In this document: positions 60,290-64,000 of the stretch, in pieces
Layout of the letters: the number at the start of each line of letters is the position of its first letter
How positions within the stretch are numbered: position 1 is the stretch's first letter
Assembly (NCBI RefSeq): GCF_009914755.1
Contig: NC_060929.1
Source: the human T2T-CHM13v2.0 reference genome, Homo sapiens
Length of the DNA: 64,000 bases
Reading direction: 5' to 3' (one strand)
Made by a program: the position numbers and the translations under genes
The notes under the pieces: generated by a model
What the model saw: the letters and a program-made list of their open reading frames with translations, nothing else
Databases searched by the model: none
What the model was told of the DNA's origin: nothing

Positions 60290-60375
60290 TTTGTTAGATG
60301 CTTTTGTTAATACACCTGATACTGTCTTTTCGAGATGCTTTTGTTACTACCCCTGAACCCTGAATTCTTTGGCTT
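60290..60375 (+). repeat. 86-bp copy of 59026-59111
   Basis: Ungapped match with only a few substitutions. Confidence 0.92.
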
Positions 60376-61491
60376 ATGTATCAAGTGCAGGTCTTAGACT
60401 CTGCATCTGATACATAATTAAAATTGTTTACACTAAAAATAAAACTTATGTGTTTTTGATTAAAAGGTATGGAAGTGTGTTTTTTTAAGAGAAAATAATT
60501 TTGTCTAATTTAGAGGATTTAAGAATTGTCTTGAGTTTAAAGAAAGAATATAACAAGTTTTAAGACAGTTGCATAAGGTTTACGAAAGATGAATCATGTG
60601 AAAATATTTGTGTATGAGCAAGCTGGCCAAAATTTAAATGATTTTATTTAGTTTTTTCATGTATTAGACATTAAAATAAAAGCATACTGATGCAGAGCCA
60701 GAATCTTTGCCCATGTCTCAGAAAAACAGGGTTTTTTTAGAGCGTTGATCTACTCTTTAGCAATTAAATGTAACAGATTATAAAAGGTTATGAAAATCTC
60801 ACCTTATGGTTAAACTAGTTAAAATCAGATAGCTTCAGGTTTATAAAACTTTTATTAAAATTTGCTTTAGTATAAATATAGTAATTCAAGGGTAAAATCT
60901 GGTTTTCCCTTTGAAACAAGATCTTCATATCATATAGAGAGATAATAGATTTTTGTTTGCCTTTGAAATAGACTACAGGAAAAAAGAGAGAGGTAAGAGA
61001 CAGATTCATTTGGCCTTATTCTGTCCTTTTTGGGTCTTCATGCTTGGAGAACTGAGTCTCTCCTCTATCAATAAGTAAAGGATTTTGTCTTTTTAAAATC
61101 TTGAGTTATTATTTGGCTAAATAAATGTCTTATAGTGACTTGAAATTCTATTTTTTAATAGCAAGTGTTTTAAACCTTTTGATATTTGGCAAATTTCCCA
61201 AGATCAAATTAAGTATTAGATCCTCTAAAGTCCAAAAGAGATATATTCAGTTTATTTGGTATTTTAAAACCATAGAGGAAACATTGTCAAATATAAAGTG
61301 TTGTTTAACTTTCTTTAGGTTCTATTTCTATGTTATTAGTTTGCATTCCAAAATTATATAATCTTCCTAAATTATAATATGTCTCAGTATATGCTATCAA
61401 TAGTAAATATGACTATTATGTAAAATTACTGTGTGCTACAGATATGCTCAGATTTCCTTTTTAATTGTGATTTTTATCATGGCTGTCCTAA

Positions 61492-62064
61492 TGAATCAGG
61501 AGATGTAAAAGGAAAAACAAGTTTTCTGTACTGGGCGGACTCACTCTGAAGCCTAGTCCAACGCCCAGTGATAAGCAGTACTCTGTCAGGGTTTTGATAG
61601 CATTATCAGCAGAGCCAGGGAGAGCCCAGAAGGAATGGGCTCCAGGAGCAGGGATGAGAAAAACAAGTTTTTCTTATCAGTTTCCCACCATGGAGTTTTC
61701 TCCCCATACCATTATTCTTTGTTCTGCTCTCATAACTGTTAACTATTTCTGCAAGTTTGTAAGGATTTTGTGAGTTCCTGTTTTCCTTCTGTGCAGTAGG
61801 GCAGAGGTCACAAGACATGCCTAAGTTGCAACATCTGTTACTGTTTGATAAACTGCCTTTGTTCTGCTTTTGTAAGCTTGCTTGCCCACTCTGCAGGTTT
61901 CAGGCCACTAGCTGACCAACCCCCTTTGGTGGCATGTATAAAAGTCAAGCCCTGTCTTTGTTCGGGGCTCAGCCTTTGGATGTTAATCTGCTCTGTCAAG
62001 GTGCACCCAATAAAATCCTACTGTTCCACCCATGGGTCTCTCCAGTCCCTTAATTCCTGCAACA
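61492..62064 (+). mobile_element. ERV1 solo LTR (MER83/84-like)
   Basis: TG...CA termini; TSD CTAA at 61488-61491 and 62065-62068; TATAAAA near 61938, AATAAA near 62008. Confidence 0.8.
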
Positions 62065-63736
62065 CTAAGACTTTGGTTGCCCACACACAATTGTCTTGTT
62101 TTGGTTCTTTTCAAAACACCATTTATAATCAGCTATAGGATTCTGAAAAGGACTCTTCAATGCATGTCTCTAATAACCTTGGAGATCGGATGATTAGAAT
62201 AGCAAGAACAACTTCCAAGACTCTCTTTGAGAACAAATGTGGTTAGAAATATTGAGCCAAACCGGAGTTAATTACATAGAATAGACTAATAGAAGAATGA
62301 AATAATCCTTTTATGACTTTTTGCTTGAGATATTGCAGATCTGTTCGGTTTGTTTCTCAGAGTCAGGAAAAGTTTTTCTTTTGAGCTATCTACAGCTTTT
62401 AACAATTGAGTAAATTATACTCCTGTGAGCAAAATTTGGAGCATATTTCTTTCTCTCCATCAGATTTCTGCAGAATTTGGAAACTATTTGTGAATATTCT
62501 TAACTTATCACAATATAGTTGTTTGCATAAATGCAATAAGAATCTGTTTTCTGTTGTAACAGGACACAATTGGAGAAACTGATATTTTACCAAGGGTTTG
62601 ACTGGAATGACAGAATCTCAAATATAAACAGACTGCTTTAAGAATTCAAAGTTGATTTATGCAGATGCTAAAACTGCCTTGGAAAAACTGGCCTCATACC
62701 TCTCTAAGCAGTCCTTGTCTAGGGTTCCTGACCTGTGGTAGGTAAAGAATGTTACTTTCTAACAGGTTCAGAAGCCTCAAGTTATCTTGGAGACCTACAG
62801 AGGAAATGAATTTACCTAATTCATACAAGTATTTGCATGCCCAGATAAATTTGTGGCTAGGCTCAAGTCTTTAAAAAGTCTAATCTCAGATTCCTTATGG
62901 TAAAAGTTCCATAAAAGAGAGCATATGTGGTAAATAATTATTCTTGCTGCATTTTTGAAATAATTAGGCAAAGTATAATAAGACTAAAACATACTGCAAA
63001 CAAGTTGGTCCTACTATGATTCCTCTTTGATAAAAATGAGAGACTGGAGAGGGAAAAATTATAATACACCTGCTATTGGATTCTAATCTTGTCAATTGTT
63101 ATTGACTTTTTGAAATATTCTTTTCTAAAATTTAGACTGAATCTTAAATATTTTCTGGGCTACAAGTCTCCAAACCAATGTTTCTTCCATTTTTCTGACT
63201 TGAACACAATGGAATTACTTCTATCTTTTTCCTGAGTCCCTGAAAGCTTAAGTTTATTTCTTGTGATACAGGAAAGAAGGTGTCACATTGCCACTGCCTT
63301 TCTTCTCTGCAGTAGGATTGTTTAAGTCTGCCATTAATGTTGGTTTTTCTTCTGTTTCCATAGAAATGTCTCCTATTAAAGGCCTGTTAGTCTTATGTTT
63401 CAGAAAATAGGAGACTGCTTTTCCAGGCTATTCATTTAAATTCCAAATAGCATCTGATCTCTTCTTATATGCATTATTAAACTGTTCTTAATAATTTTAT
63501 TATCACTGGGAGCTATTTGATTTTTAAAATGGTTATTTACTATATTCAACAGGGGGTGCAGATGGTTTATGACTTCAAGGCTTAAATAGTTTCAAGTCTC
63601 TAGATGTCTTTAGAGTAGTCAGTAAGACAGTTTCATGCCCTCTATGGTGAGTCAAGAATAAGAATCCTATTCAGCATGAAGTAGCTTCAGAAAACGAGAG
63701 TTTTGGCCCTCTCTCCTTAACAATAAGAAGGACAAA

Positions 63737-64000
<264 letters not shown>

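Larger units (their letters stand above)
56795..63735 (+). mobile_element. Non-coding MER4-group ERV1 internal region (3' LTR not in window)
   Basis: Follows LTR + PBS; AT-rich MER4-group-like internal sequence; no gag/pol/env ORF recognisable; hosts three nested LTRs. Confidence 0.72.

Overview
Repeat-dense primate genomic DNA, probably human or another hominoid (AluY, L1PA2-type LINE-1, LTR12, THE1/MST). It looks intergenic or intronic, and I cannot support any host protein-coding gene or functional RNA gene. Main contents: (i) an old near-full-length L1MA-type LINE (~1.5-10.0 kb) with four nested Alus; (ii) scattered Alu, FAM, MIR, L2, MaLR and Tigger fossils plus a 5'-truncated L1PA7-like copy; (iii) an apparent MLT2-LTR / MaLR-internal / MLT1-LTR hybrid (36.6-39.1 kb); (iv) a full-length L1PA2-type element (44.8-50.8 kb) with intact ORF1 and disrupted ORF2 and ORF0; (v) a nested ERV1 cluster from 51 to 64 kb (LTR12 inside LTR1; MER41 inside the 5' LTR of a non-coding MER4-group provirus that also hosts three more LTRs). 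I found no new multi-gene system. The most interesting signals are small: a two-segment templated insertion in an Alu with its donor ~640 bp away, three 85-135 bp dispersed duplications 1.1-1.3 kb apart, a 111-bp tandem duplication, an overlapping double hairpin, a tRNA-Glu-like fossil in the provirus, and a MER41 copy that appears to have lost its STAT1 sites. Subfamily names come from recalled consensus features, not a database search, and boundaries without a target-site duplication (TSD) are approximate.
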